Virus record (IMG/VR): IMGVR_UViG_3300009151_000035
Span: 32,001-96,000 of that record
DNA length: 64,000 nt
From: a virus
Reading direction: 5' to 3' (one strand)
The notes beneath the pieces were generated by a model, which was not told the DNA's origin, did not search any database, and worked only from the letters and a program-made list of their open reading frames with translations. A program made the position numbers and the translations under genes. Positions 56,277-64,000 of this stretch are shown here, one piece after another (position 1 is the stretch's first letter; each line of letters opens with the position of its first letter).

Positions 56277-56912
56277 ATGCCAAGTTCATCATTAAACAAA
56301 ATGACAGTACCGCTTGCAAGCGATCAAAGCTCAAGCACCCAAGGTCTGTTAATGCCAAAACTTAGATATCGCTTTAGAGTGATGTTTGAGAATTTGGGAG
56401 TTTCAACACCAACAACAGAGTTAACCAAGCAGGTTGTGAGCTTTGCTCGACCTAACTTGACGTTTGAAGCAATCACATTACCAATTTACAATTCAACATT
56501 GAAGTTGGCTGGTCGTCATAGCTGGGCAGACGTTGCTGTTGAGATCCGTGATGATGCATCAGGTAATGTGTCCAAATTGATTGGCGAACAAATCCAGAAA
56601 CAAATGGACTTCTTGGAAATGAGTTCAGCTGCATCTGGTATTGACTACAAATTCTTGACCAAGTTAGAAATGCTTGACGGTGGCAACGGTGCCAACGAGC
56701 CAGTAGTCCTTGAGTCATGGGAACTGTATGGTTGCTATATTGTGAGTGCAGACTACGGTCCAATGAACTATGGTACCAATGAAGCAGTAGCAATCACCAT
56801 GAACATCTCTTATGACAACGCCAACCAAGGCAATCAAGGTGGTGGCGGTATTGGTGGTGTTATCGGCCGTACTGTGAACGACGTTGTTACAGGTATCGGC
56901 ACAGGACCCTAA
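56277..56912 (+). CDS. gp19: Tail tube protein
   Basis: Follows the sheath gene. PKLRYRFRV.F, RP.L.F, LAGR.SW, W.L.GC, I.YDNA. Confidence 0.88.
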   Translation: MPSSSLNKMTVPLASDQSSSTQGLLMPKLRYRFRVMFENLGVSTPTTELTKQVVSFARPNLTFEAITLPIYNSTLKLAGRHSWADVAVEIRDDASGNVSKLIGEQIQKQMDFLEMSSAASGIDYKFLTKLEMLDGGNGANEPVVLESWELYGCYIVSADYGPMNYGTNEAVAITMNISYDNANQGNQGGGGIGGVIGRTVNDVVTGIGTGP

Positions 56913-56922
56913 GGTCTAATCA

Positions 56923-58113
56923 ATGTCTAGCTTCGGCCAGGACTTTCTTAAAGGCTTTACTGCGACAAACAGCTTGCGTGACTACACTCACGCAAGTAAA
57001 ACTTTTCGCACTAATGCCTACGAACTCAAACCCAGATTTAAGTTTTTATTTCATGTTCAATTTTCATTGAACTACAATCAGATACCTGCATTGAAAAATA
57101 GTAAAATTTTTAATCCTGAGAATATTTCTAATCTTAGTTTGGCGGTAAAAACAGTTGACTTGCCCAAATACAATATTGATGTTGCTACGTTGAATCAATA
57201 CAACCGCAAAAGAATTGTACAAACTAAAATCAACTATGAACCAGTAAACATTACATTTCATGATGATGGCGGCGACAACATACGTGAAATGTGGTATCAG
57301 TATTATTCTTACTACTACAAAGATCCAGCACAACAATACATTTCAAATGCTCCAACCGAGTATGGCACAGTTGGTCTAAATGCTACCAAAACAAATGGAT
57401 TCAGCTATAACAATCGAGACATCTATCAACAGAACCGTGTGGGCAGTGTGAATGACTGGGGATACATTGGCGAAAACTTCATGGACGGCACACAAACAGC
57501 AAGTGGCAAGCCACCATTCTTTAGAGACATTCAGATCATTGGATTTGATCAACACAAGTATGCTAGATACATCTTGATCAATCCATTGATCACCAACTGG
57601 AACCATGACACTTACGATTATTCACAAGGTAATGGAACCATGCAACATACCATGACCATACGCTACGAAACTGTGAAATACCTCAACGGTGGACTTGGTA
57701 AACCGGATACCAATATTCGTTGGCCAGACGCAGCACACTATGATGAAGTACCAAGTCCATTGGCACGTGCAGGATCCACTGCAACTATTTTTGGGCAAGG
57801 TGGTCTTTTAAGCACAGGCGAAGGCATCCTGGCAGACTTAGAATCAGGATCAGTGGCAGGCTTGATTGGTGCAGCACAAAAGGCTGGCGCAGCCTACAAC
57901 ACATTCAAAGGAAAGAATTTGCAATCTATTGTGCAAAGTGAAGCTATATCATTGGGCAAACAAGTTATCAGTCAAAATGGTGCCAATGCAGTTAGAGCGG
58001 TGATAAACAAAGCTGATGGTTGGGCGTTTCCTGTACAGTCAACTCAACGAGCATATACTCGAGTTATAAATTCAGCAGCAGCAACTGGTGACGACCTTAG
58101 AGGACTTATATAA
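56923..58113 (+). CDS. Tube-like baseplate-tail junction protein (gp48/gp54-like)
   Basis: P.FKFLFHV.F, VK.VDLPK, NQYNRK, Y.P..ITFHDD, I.YE tube-fold motifs. Confidence 0.65.
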   Translation: MSSFGQDFLKGFTATNSLRDYTHASKTFRTNAYELKPRFKFLFHVQFSLNYNQIPALKNSKIFNPENISNLSLAVKTVDLPKYNIDVATLNQYNRKRIVQTKINYEPVNITFHDDGGDNIREMWYQYYSYYYKDPAQQYISNAPTEYGTVGLNATKTNGFSYNNRDIYQQNRVGSVNDWGYIGENFMDGTQTASGKPPFFRDIQIIGFDQHKYARYILINPLITNWNHDTYDYSQGNGTMQHTMTIRYETVKYLNGGLGKPDTNIRWPDAAHYDEVPSPLARAGSTATIFGQGGLLSTGEGILADLESGSVAGLIGAAQKAGAAYNTFKGKNLQSIVQSEAISLGKQVISQNGANAVRAVINKADGWAFPVQSTQRAYTRVINSAAATGDDLRGLI

Positions 58114-58478
58114 TGTCTACAGGTTCAGTCAATTACACCAATACCAATCTTGATCAAACTGTGCGAGTGTTTGACAGATTCTACAACTTTGAAGCCAATG
58201 TGCCTGCTGCTGAGTATGATATTGTGTTGAGTTTTTTTAAACAACAAATGGGAGATGCCAGAGTAGCAGGCAACTTCACAGTGAGTTTGTTTCAAGTGGC
58301 AGAACAAACCAATATTCCGGCACTTACACTGTTAGACAGTTTTCAAGGTGTAGATGTCATGACAATAAATCTCAACATGGCCTACTATCTAAACAATATC
58401 CGCAGCAGAGCCACACTACTGGGTGTAAATGTACAACCGGTACCCAACTACTATGCTGCCAGAACAGTGCTTCAATGA
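58113..58478 (+). CDS. Hypothetical tail-region protein
   Basis: 121-aa ORF translationally coupled on both sides. Confidence 0.65.
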   Translation: MSTGSVNYTNTNLDQTVRVFDRFYNFEANVPAAEYDIVLSFFKQQMGDARVAGNFTVSLFQVAEQTNIPALTLLDSFQGVDVMTINLNMAYYLNNIRSRATLLGVNVQPVPNYYAARTVLQ

Positions 58479-58906
58479 GCAAGTGGGCACAAGGCGTCTA
58501 TCAAGTTATCAACCCTAAGAAATATGTGGGCCAAGGCATGCCCAGATATCGATCAGGTTGGGAACATTCATTCATGCGTTTTTGCGATACCAATGACAAC
58601 ATCATGCAATGGGCCAGTGAAAGCATCCGCATTCCTTATCTGCATCCACTAACTGGCAAAATGACCACGTATGTGCCAGATTTTTTGATCACTTACAAAA
58701 CTCGTGACCACACACTTCGAGCGGAGTTGATTGAAATTAAACCCAAAGGTCAAAGCGCCATCACTGAAGGCCAAAAGCCCAGAGACCGTGCCGTAGTAGC
58801 CGTAAACTACGCCAAATGGGACGCTGCGGTCAAATGGTGCAGAAATCAAGGCTTGACTTTTAGGGTAATAACTGAAGACGATATGTTTAAGAACGGTAAA
58901 GCATAG
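58475..58906 (+). CDS. gp4: Head completion nuclease (TnsA-N-like PD-(D/E)xK)
   Basis: NPKKY.G, YRS.WE..FM..CD, WASE...IPY, Y.PDF, IEIKP, N.AKW.AA, F..ITE. Confidence 0.92.
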   Translation: MSKWAQGVYQVINPKKYVGQGMPRYRSGWEHSFMRFCDTNDNIMQWASESIRIPYLHPLTGKMTTYVPDFLITYKTRDHTLRAELIEIKPKGQSAITEGQKPRDRAVVAVNYAKWDAAVKWCRNQGLTFRVITEDDMFKNGKA

Positions 58907-58920
58907 CCACTAAATATGGC

Positions 58921-59412
58921 ATGACGAGAAAACTCGAAGAACTTTTTGATTTACCACCCTCCACTGAAGAAGTGGATGTTGCTGTTCCTTCAATAGCAGA
59001 AAATCGCACCGCCATCCAAACACTAGATGATGCTATCAATAAGATAGACGCTGCCTTGCCGGCTGTGCGTGGCTTGGAGTCCACTGACCAAGAAATGGAC
59101 GAACTAGCTGGCCTAGCTACTGCCAGCTACCGAGACCTGATGGACCTTGGCATGCAGGTAGACTCAAGATTTGCTAGTGAAATATTTGGTGTAGCCAGCA
59201 ACATGCTAGGCCATGCTATCACAGCCAAAACAGCCAAGCTGGACAAAAAACTCAAGATGATCGACTTGCAGATGAAAAAAATGCGATTGGATCAGCAACA
59301 AGCGGACAAAGATCCAGAGGCCACTGCACAGCAAGGCCAAGGCCATGTGCTCAGTCGCAATGAATTGCTGGAAAGAATTCTGGGTAAGAATCAAAACGCT
59401 CAAAAAGAATAA
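58921..59412 (+). CDS. Helical protein, possible terminase small subunit
   Basis: Helical/coiled-coil, with C-terminal SRNELL..I pattern and position after gp4. Assignment is by inference only. Confidence 0.4.
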   Translation: MTRKLEELFDLPPSTEEVDVAVPSIAENRTAIQTLDDAINKIDAALPAVRGLESTDQEMDELAGLATASYRDLMDLGMQVDSRFASEIFGVASNMLGHAITAKTAKLDKKLKMIDLQMKKMRLDQQQADKDPEATAQQGQGHVLSRNELLERILGKNQNAQKE

Positions 59413-59432
59413 ATATATCACAGGAACCTGAC

Positions 59433-60041
59433 ATGAAACCATTTGCCAAATATCTAGCAGAAAGTGAACGCACATACGATTATCGTATCAAAATGTGCGG
59501 TCGCATTCCGGACGATCTTGTGCGTCAACTCAAATCAAAACTGGATCAATTTGACCCAGCCAAACTGGGCGACGTCAAGACTACTCCTATTCAAAAGATC
59601 CTCACAGACTTTCCAAACAATCAGAATGACGCTGTGACAATGTTTGATGTGAGTTTCAAGTATCCAGCAATTGAGCCACAGATCAAACAGTTGTTTCAAA
59701 TGCTAGGTGGTGATCCCAATCTTATTGTGATGCAAACACAGCCACACGTGGATGGACTTGTTGATGAGATGGACAAAATTGAATCTGAAAACAAAGACCT
59801 GTTGGCAGACACAGATTACCCTGCAGACAATGCTGAACAACGAGCACTCAAGAAAGACTACTCAGCCGGACCATATGATCATGCTGTGTTGAAGAATGCT
59901 TACCGCAGTGATTTCACAGTGGCTGGTGGTCGGACACCTCCTGCCAAGACCACTAACCAACTTCCCCAGGGCAACAAAAGCCCTATGACCAATATCAAGC
60001 GTCAACCCAAGCCTGCAACCGGCGCCAACCCAAGAGGATAA
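59433..60041 (+). CDS. Hypothetical protein, possible internal head protein
   Basis: MKPFAKYLAES N-terminus resembles T4 capsid-targeting/gp21-cleaved leaders. Late promoter. Confidence 0.55.
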   Translation: MKPFAKYLAESERTYDYRIKMCGRIPDDLVRQLKSKLDQFDPAKLGDVKTTPIQKILTDFPNNQNDAVTMFDVSFKYPAIEPQIKQLFQMLGGDPNLIVMQTQPHVDGLVDEMDKIESENKDLLADTDYPADNAEQRALKKDYSAGPYDHAVLKNAYRSDFTVAGGRTPPAKTTNQLPQGNKSPMTNIKRQPKPATGANPRG

Positions 60042-60045
60042 TGAA

Positions 60046-62289
60046 ATGACATTTTTTTACGACTTAAACAAAAAGCTGGACGAGATTCGTGCCACACCTA
60101 GCAAGACACATGGCCAGTTGAACGAGCAGTCAGCACCTGCGCATAAATCAAAGAGTCAGTTAACACAAGCACTCAATGAGCGTGACATGGGCAAGCACAA
60201 CAATGCCACAACAGGCTTCAAAGCACTGGCTAAGAAAGCTGGCGGCGGTGAAAAAGGCAACAAGATTGCCGGTGCACAATTCCAGAAGATGAAGAAGGCC
60301 GGTCAACTAGAAGAACAAACAGTTGAAGAAAGTCTTAAAGACAAAGCCAAGTTGGTAGGTCATTTGGCCAAAGATATGGCAAGAAAAGGTCTTGAAAAGT
60401 TGGGTCACGGCGACGACGAAGCCATGCGCAAAGATTTGCAAAAGAAAGTGGGCATGCCACAAACAGGCAAGAAGCCTGGCGCTACAGAAGACTATGGCCC
60501 AATGGAAGCTGGTGCTCCAATGACAGGCAAGCAGAAGTCATTTGCTGACAAGATTGCTGTCGCCAAAAAAGAAGTTGACGAGCGCATTGGTGATGTGGCT
60601 GCCGAAGCTATTAAAAATGCATTGAGCCCCAAGCAAAAGAAAATGGCTGCATTGGGCGGCAACCCAAAAAGAATTGATGGTCCTGATCTTGCTGCGTTGC
60701 GCAAAGGTGCTGACATGGGCGAAGATGACGATAATAATCCGTTTACATCATACAAGAAGCCTCGCAAAGACGTTCCTCAAGTTGGGTCAGTTGAACGTGG
60801 TGCCAAGCACGATATCAAACACAGCACCTCAGATCCAAGATATACAGGCCGTACTGTAACACGCCGCACAGATGACCAAGGGCATTCAGTAGGCGCCGAT
60901 GATGATGCAGACACACAAGCAGGACCACGCGGACGCGGACGTCCCAAGGGTACCAAACAAAGTATTGGTGCCAAGGGACCATCAGGTCGTTCAAAGTTGA
61001 TGACAAAAGAAAATGACCGTGATCCAGGCGAATACGATCAAGAAGGCGACATGGCCAAAGACAGTATCAAGACTGTGGTACGTCATGCACAGGCCTTGGA
61101 AAAGATCCTAGGCGACAACGACAACTTGCCAGAATGGGTGCAAGCCAAGTTGGCCAAGATTGAAGGCATGATGACTGCTGTGGATGACTACATGCAGAAT
61201 CAATCCGGCGATGAAGAAATGGCCATGGGCGAAGAGTCTACAAACAAACGTGACAACCGTGCTGAAAAGGCCGGTAAGAAAGTTACCAAGGACATTGAGT
61301 ACGACGAGAAGAAGAAAGATGGGATCCATGGTAAAAAGCGTGGCTCAGAAGATGCCAAGGCCGAAAAAGCCGGTAAGAAAGTAGCCAAGGACATTGAGTA
61401 CGACGAAAAGAAAGACAAAAAAGAAGACAAGCCTAAGAAAGTAAAAGAGCAAGGCGGAGCAGAAACTCCTACAGCATCAAGTGGCTTCAGCTTTGGACAA
61501 GGCATTTACGATTCAATGAATCGTGAACTGGAAAAGATGATTGCTGAATCTATGAGCGTGAACATGAGCGACTCAACCGAAGGTGGCAAGAGTTTGACCA
61601 TCACTGCCACAGACGAAGATGCACTCAAGCTGGCTGGTTTGCTTAAAAATGCAGGCCTGGGTGGCGGTGAGCAAATGGGTCAAGAAATGGGCCACGGTGA
61701 TGAACACGGTCATAGTGAAGAGCCATGCCCAAGTTGCGGCATGAGTGATTGCGGATGTGGCGATATTGACGAAGCCCTAGCTGAAAACAATCCAGATTGG
61801 CCAACTGACCAAACAGGCACAGAAGATGCCATGATGTATAGTGATGGATTGAACGGTCCTAAGTCAACTGGTCAATCACAGGTGCCAGTATTGGCCAGTC
61901 AAGAAGACCGCCAACACACATACGAAGAAGATGAAGCTCTTCGTAGAATGATGGAAATGGCTGGTGTTCAGCAAGACAATCTCAAGCCATGGGAACGCAC
62001 CATGAAAGAAGATGCCGAAGAGGAAGAACTTGACGAAGCTGAGAAATGTTCAGCTTGCGATTGCGATCCATGCGAGTGTGACGAGTCTGTGACAGAAAGT
62101 TTTGAACAGATGCTGAGCCGCATGCGTGACATTGCCGGCATCCGAGAAGCCAAGAAGCCTGACTTCCCCGACTTAGACAAAGATGGCGACAAAAAAGAGC
62201 CAATGAAAAAAGCTGTTGCTGACAAAGAAAAAAAAGTTGAAGAAAGTATATTTGCTTTGACCAATCAATGGCGAGCCTACAAGGGGTAA
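60046..62289 (+). CDS. Large low-complexity charged protein with many gp21-type cleavage motifs, an AT-hook and a DxDxDG loop
   Basis: LNE, LEE, VEE, VDE, IAE, LAE and LDE motifs. GRGRPKG. DLDKDGDKKE. Duplicated AEKAGKKV.KDIEYDEKK. Confidence 0.6.
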   Translation: MTFFYDLNKKLDEIRATPSKTHGQLNEQSAPAHKSKSQLTQALNERDMGKHNNATTGFKALAKKAGGGEKGNKIAGAQFQKMKKAGQLEEQTVEESLKDKAKLVGHLAKDMARKGLEKLGHGDDEAMRKDLQKKVGMPQTGKKPGATEDYGPMEAGAPMTGKQKSFADKIAVAKKEVDERIGDVAAEAIKNALSPKQKKMAALGGNPKRIDGPDLAALRKGADMGEDDDNNPFTSYKKPRKDVPQVGSVERGAKHDIKHSTSDPRYTGRTVTRRTDDQGHSVGADDDADTQAGPRGRGRPKGTKQSIGAKGPSGRSKLMTKENDRDPGEYDQEGDMAKDSIKTVVRHAQALEKILGDNDNLPEWVQAKLAKIEGMMTAVDDYMQNQSGDEEMAMGEESTNKRDNRAEKAGKKVTKDIEYDEKKKDGIHGKKRGSEDAKAEKAGKKVAKDIEYDEKKDKKEDKPKKVKEQGGAETPTASSGFSFGQGIYDSMNRELEKMIAESMSVNMSDSTEGGKSLTITATDEDALKLAGLLKNAGLGGGEQMGQEMGHGDEHGHSEEPCPSCGMSDCGCGDIDEALAENNPDWPTDQTGTEDAMMYSDGLNGPKSTGQSQVPVLASQEDRQHTYEEDEALRRMMEMAGVQQDNLKPWERTMKEDAEEEELDEAEKCSACDCDPCECDESVTESFEQMLSRMRDIAGIREAKKPDFPDLDKDGDKKEPMKKAVADKEKKVEESIFALTNQWRAYKG

Positions 62290-62294
62290 AAATC

Positions 62295-62468
62295 ATGACA
62301 CCATACAGTGAAATTGCAGCCGAACTAGCACAACGCAAAGCCAATGAATATGTGCCTCCGTCAATTCCTTCGGTGAGACAACAACCCGTGGAAATTCCCG
62401 GAGTGATGTATCAAACTCGTGAACTATTTCAACCCGTGGTCAGTCAGCCCAACAAGGATAACAAATAA
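62295..62468 (+). CDS. Small hypothetical protein
   Basis: ORF 62268..62468 of the track. ATG 62295 follows the upstream stop, and there is a TAATG overlap with the next gene. Confidence 0.5.
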   Translation: MTPYSEIAAELAQRKANEYVPPSIPSVRQQPVEIPGVMYQTRELFQPVVSQPNKDNK

Positions 62469-62767
62469 TGGCTATTCAAGTAATCAAAGACACAGCAGGT
62501 AATGTGTTGTGGACAACAGACAAAGCGCAAATCAATTCTGAAAGCACTAATGTTACCTATCAAGTGTTCGCTACTGCTCTGGGCACTGCTAATGCTGTAG
62601 GTAATCTATATGCAAATGCAGTAAGTGTACCTAACGGAACCACTCAAGAAATTTATGTAGGTGCAGGCAACTATTTGACCTTGACCGGTAACAATTTTAC
62701 TGCTCTTGCATTAGGCACAGCAAGTTCTGCACAAGAAGGTGTGATCGGGTACGGAAGCAACCCATAA
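62468..62767 (+). CDS. Small putative virion protein
   Basis: 99-aa beta-rich ORF, AAGGA RBS, coupled stop/start. Confidence 0.55.
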   Translation: MAIQVIKDTAGNVLWTTDKAQINSESTNVTYQVFATALGTANAVGNLYANAVSVPNGTTQEIYVGAGNYLTLTGNNFTALALGTASSAQEGVIGYGSNP

Positions 62768-63150
62768 TGCGAGCACAAGAGTTTGTGACTGAGGATCGCA
62801 AAGGTAAAATACCTGGTGGGCATGATCATGCCATGCCCGGTGCCCATACCATGCGTGACAATGGCGGCTACGATCGTATCAATCATATGAATCGCATGAT
62901 GATGGCAGCTGCCATGCATGATGGCAAGAGTAAAAAAGCCATTCCAAGAGATCAAATGGATCCTGCGTCATGGGTTGAAAAATACAACACAGCACATCCA
63001 TACACCAAAGAAGAAGATAATATGATTCATGGTGCCATGAAAACTATTGGTGCAGAAACTATTCACGCAGTATCAGATCATCGCAGCAGAGAACAACCAG
63101 ACACTCACAAGGTCAGTCCTGTGAAAGGCTTTGCAGGATATCCCCGATGA
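62767..63150 (+). CDS. Hypothetical protein (paralog of the next gene)
   Basis: Starts MRAQEFVTE, ends SPVKGFAGYPR. Confidence 0.65.
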   Translation: MRAQEFVTEDRKGKIPGGHDHAMPGAHTMRDNGGYDRINHMNRMMMAAAMHDGKSKKAIPRDQMDPASWVEKYNTAHPYTKEEDNMIHGAMKTIGAETIHAVSDHRSREQPDTHKVSPVKGFAGYPR

Positions 63151-63539
63151 GAGCACGAGAATTTTTCAATGAAGGTCGCACAGGATCATTTACTGCTGAT
63201 GTGGGTCGAGCACTGCCTGGAGCTTTTAAAATTCCTGCTTTAAAAAATCAAGATCCGTATTTGCAATATCGTTTTGGTGTTGCCATTGCTGGTGCCAAAG
63301 GTGCGGCAGCTCGTGCCAGAGATGGCGTGCCACCATTTGATGGCAAAGAGTCAGTGTTTGGTGAAAACGAAATTGTTGTGAGTTATGATCCTGAGGCAGA
63401 AGTCTGGATCAAAGATGCGCTCAAGAGCATGGGCATGCCACCTTCAGACGCCATACGCATTGGCACCCAAGCATCGGAAGAAATGTCTGATGTAGATAAA
63501 ATCAGTCCAGTAAAAGCATTTGCTGGCTATCCACGGTAA
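63147..63539 (+). CDS. Hypothetical protein (paralog of the previous gene)
   Basis: Starts MRAREFFNE, ends SPVKAFAGYPR. Confidence 0.65.
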   Translation: MRAREFFNEGRTGSFTADVGRALPGAFKIPALKNQDPYLQYRFGVAIAGAKGAAARARDGVPPFDGKESVFGENEIVVSYDPEAEVWIKDALKSMGMPPSDAIRIGTQASEEMSDVDKISPVKAFAGYPR

Positions 63540-63567
63540 ATAGTAGTATATTACTGCAAGGCCTACA

Positions 63568-64000
63568 ATGAAAAAAATATTAGCCATACTGCTGACCATA
63601 GTCAGCATGTCATCTCAAGCATGGGATCAACGTGCCCCACTGCCAGCACAAGCCTGTCAAGTACACTCGCCTTGGGGTTGGGCACAAACAGTAAGACCAG
63701 CACAGCCAATCTGCAGAGAAGCATATTTGGTAGCTTATGATGCTCCTGCAAAGATTCCTGTGTATGTGAGTTACACCCTGTTGCCACAAAATGCACTTGG
63801 ATGCTTTCCTCGTACCAATGCATTTGTAGCAGATCAATCAGTGCCAGGTGGTGCCAGACCAGATGACTATGCTGGCACAGGCTACGACAAAGGGCATGCT
63901 GCTCCTGATGGCGACTTGAGCTGGAGTCAACAGGTAGAGTATGAGTCATTCCTAATGACCAACATGTATCCACAACACGGATCACTCAATCGCGGCATTT
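63568..64000 (+). CDS. Secreted DNA/RNA non-specific endonuclease (NucA/EndoG family), 3'-truncated by the window; not in the ORF track
   Basis: Manual translation: MKKILAILLTIVSMSSQA (signal peptide) ...YAGTGYDKGHAAPDGD...ESFLMTNMYPQHGSLNRGI, with the DRGH-type active site and NxxPQ...N.G motifs. Confidence 0.9.
   Translation, partial: MKKILAILLTIVSMSSQAWDQRAPLPAQACQVHSPWGWAQTVRPAQPICREAYLVAYDAPAKIPVYVSYTLLPQNALGCFPRTNAFVADQSVPGGARPDDYAGTGYDKGHAAPDGDLSWSQQVEYESFLMTNMYPQHGSLNRGI

Noticed and set aside
58475-58906. TnsA-like nuclease as evidence of a Tn7-type transposon
   Set aside because: Motifs and context match the T4 gp4 head-completion protein, and there are no tnsB/C genes or terminal repeats.
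1-64000. Alternative genetic code, tRNA genes or inteins in core genes
   Set aside because: Core genes translate full length in the standard code with TAA, TGA and TAG all used as stops. No cloverleaf with T-loop and D-loop consensus was seen in the short intergenic gaps, and gp46, gp20, gp21 and gp23 have normal lengths.

Overview
This 64-kb window comes from a large T4-like (myovirus) dsDNA phage and covers most of the virion morphogenesis region. Head genes are portal gp20, protease gp21, scaffold gp22 and major capsid gp23. Neck and tail genes are gp13, gp14, gp15, sheath gp18, tube gp19, gp4, a gp26/gp51-like pair and a tape-measure protein carrying a peptidase M15-like domain. A ~19.5-kb cluster encodes Gly/Asn/Ser/Thr-rich fibre proteins, one of 2727 aa. 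DNA-metabolism genes include gp46, a dNMP kinase, a DEDDh exonuclease, a Nudix hydrolase, GIY-YIG and HNH nucleases and a secreted non-specific nuclease. Accessory enzymes are interspersed: four radical SAM proteins, several glycosyltransferase-like proteins, a fatty-acid desaturase and an Arg/Leu-tRNA-protein-transferase-like gene. Features the ORF track does not explain: (1) a ~390-nt, densely base-paired non-coding region right behind a minimal GIY-YIG nuclease, a candidate ncRNA-nuclease module; (2) a T-TTT-TTC -1 slippery site that would fuse the gp26-like ORF to an unlisted 58-aa gp51-like ORF next to the tape-measure gene, in the manner of lambda G/GT; (3) FlmG-like and Maf-like glycosyltransferase candidates at the entrance to the Ser/Thr/Asn-rich fibre cluster; (4) a regulatory layer of near-leaderless late genes, promoter-in-hairpin RBS switches and a pseudoknotted leader. 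No tRNA, rRNA, CRISPR array, integrase or reverse transcriptase was seen. All family calls come from motif recognition by eye, not from database searches.
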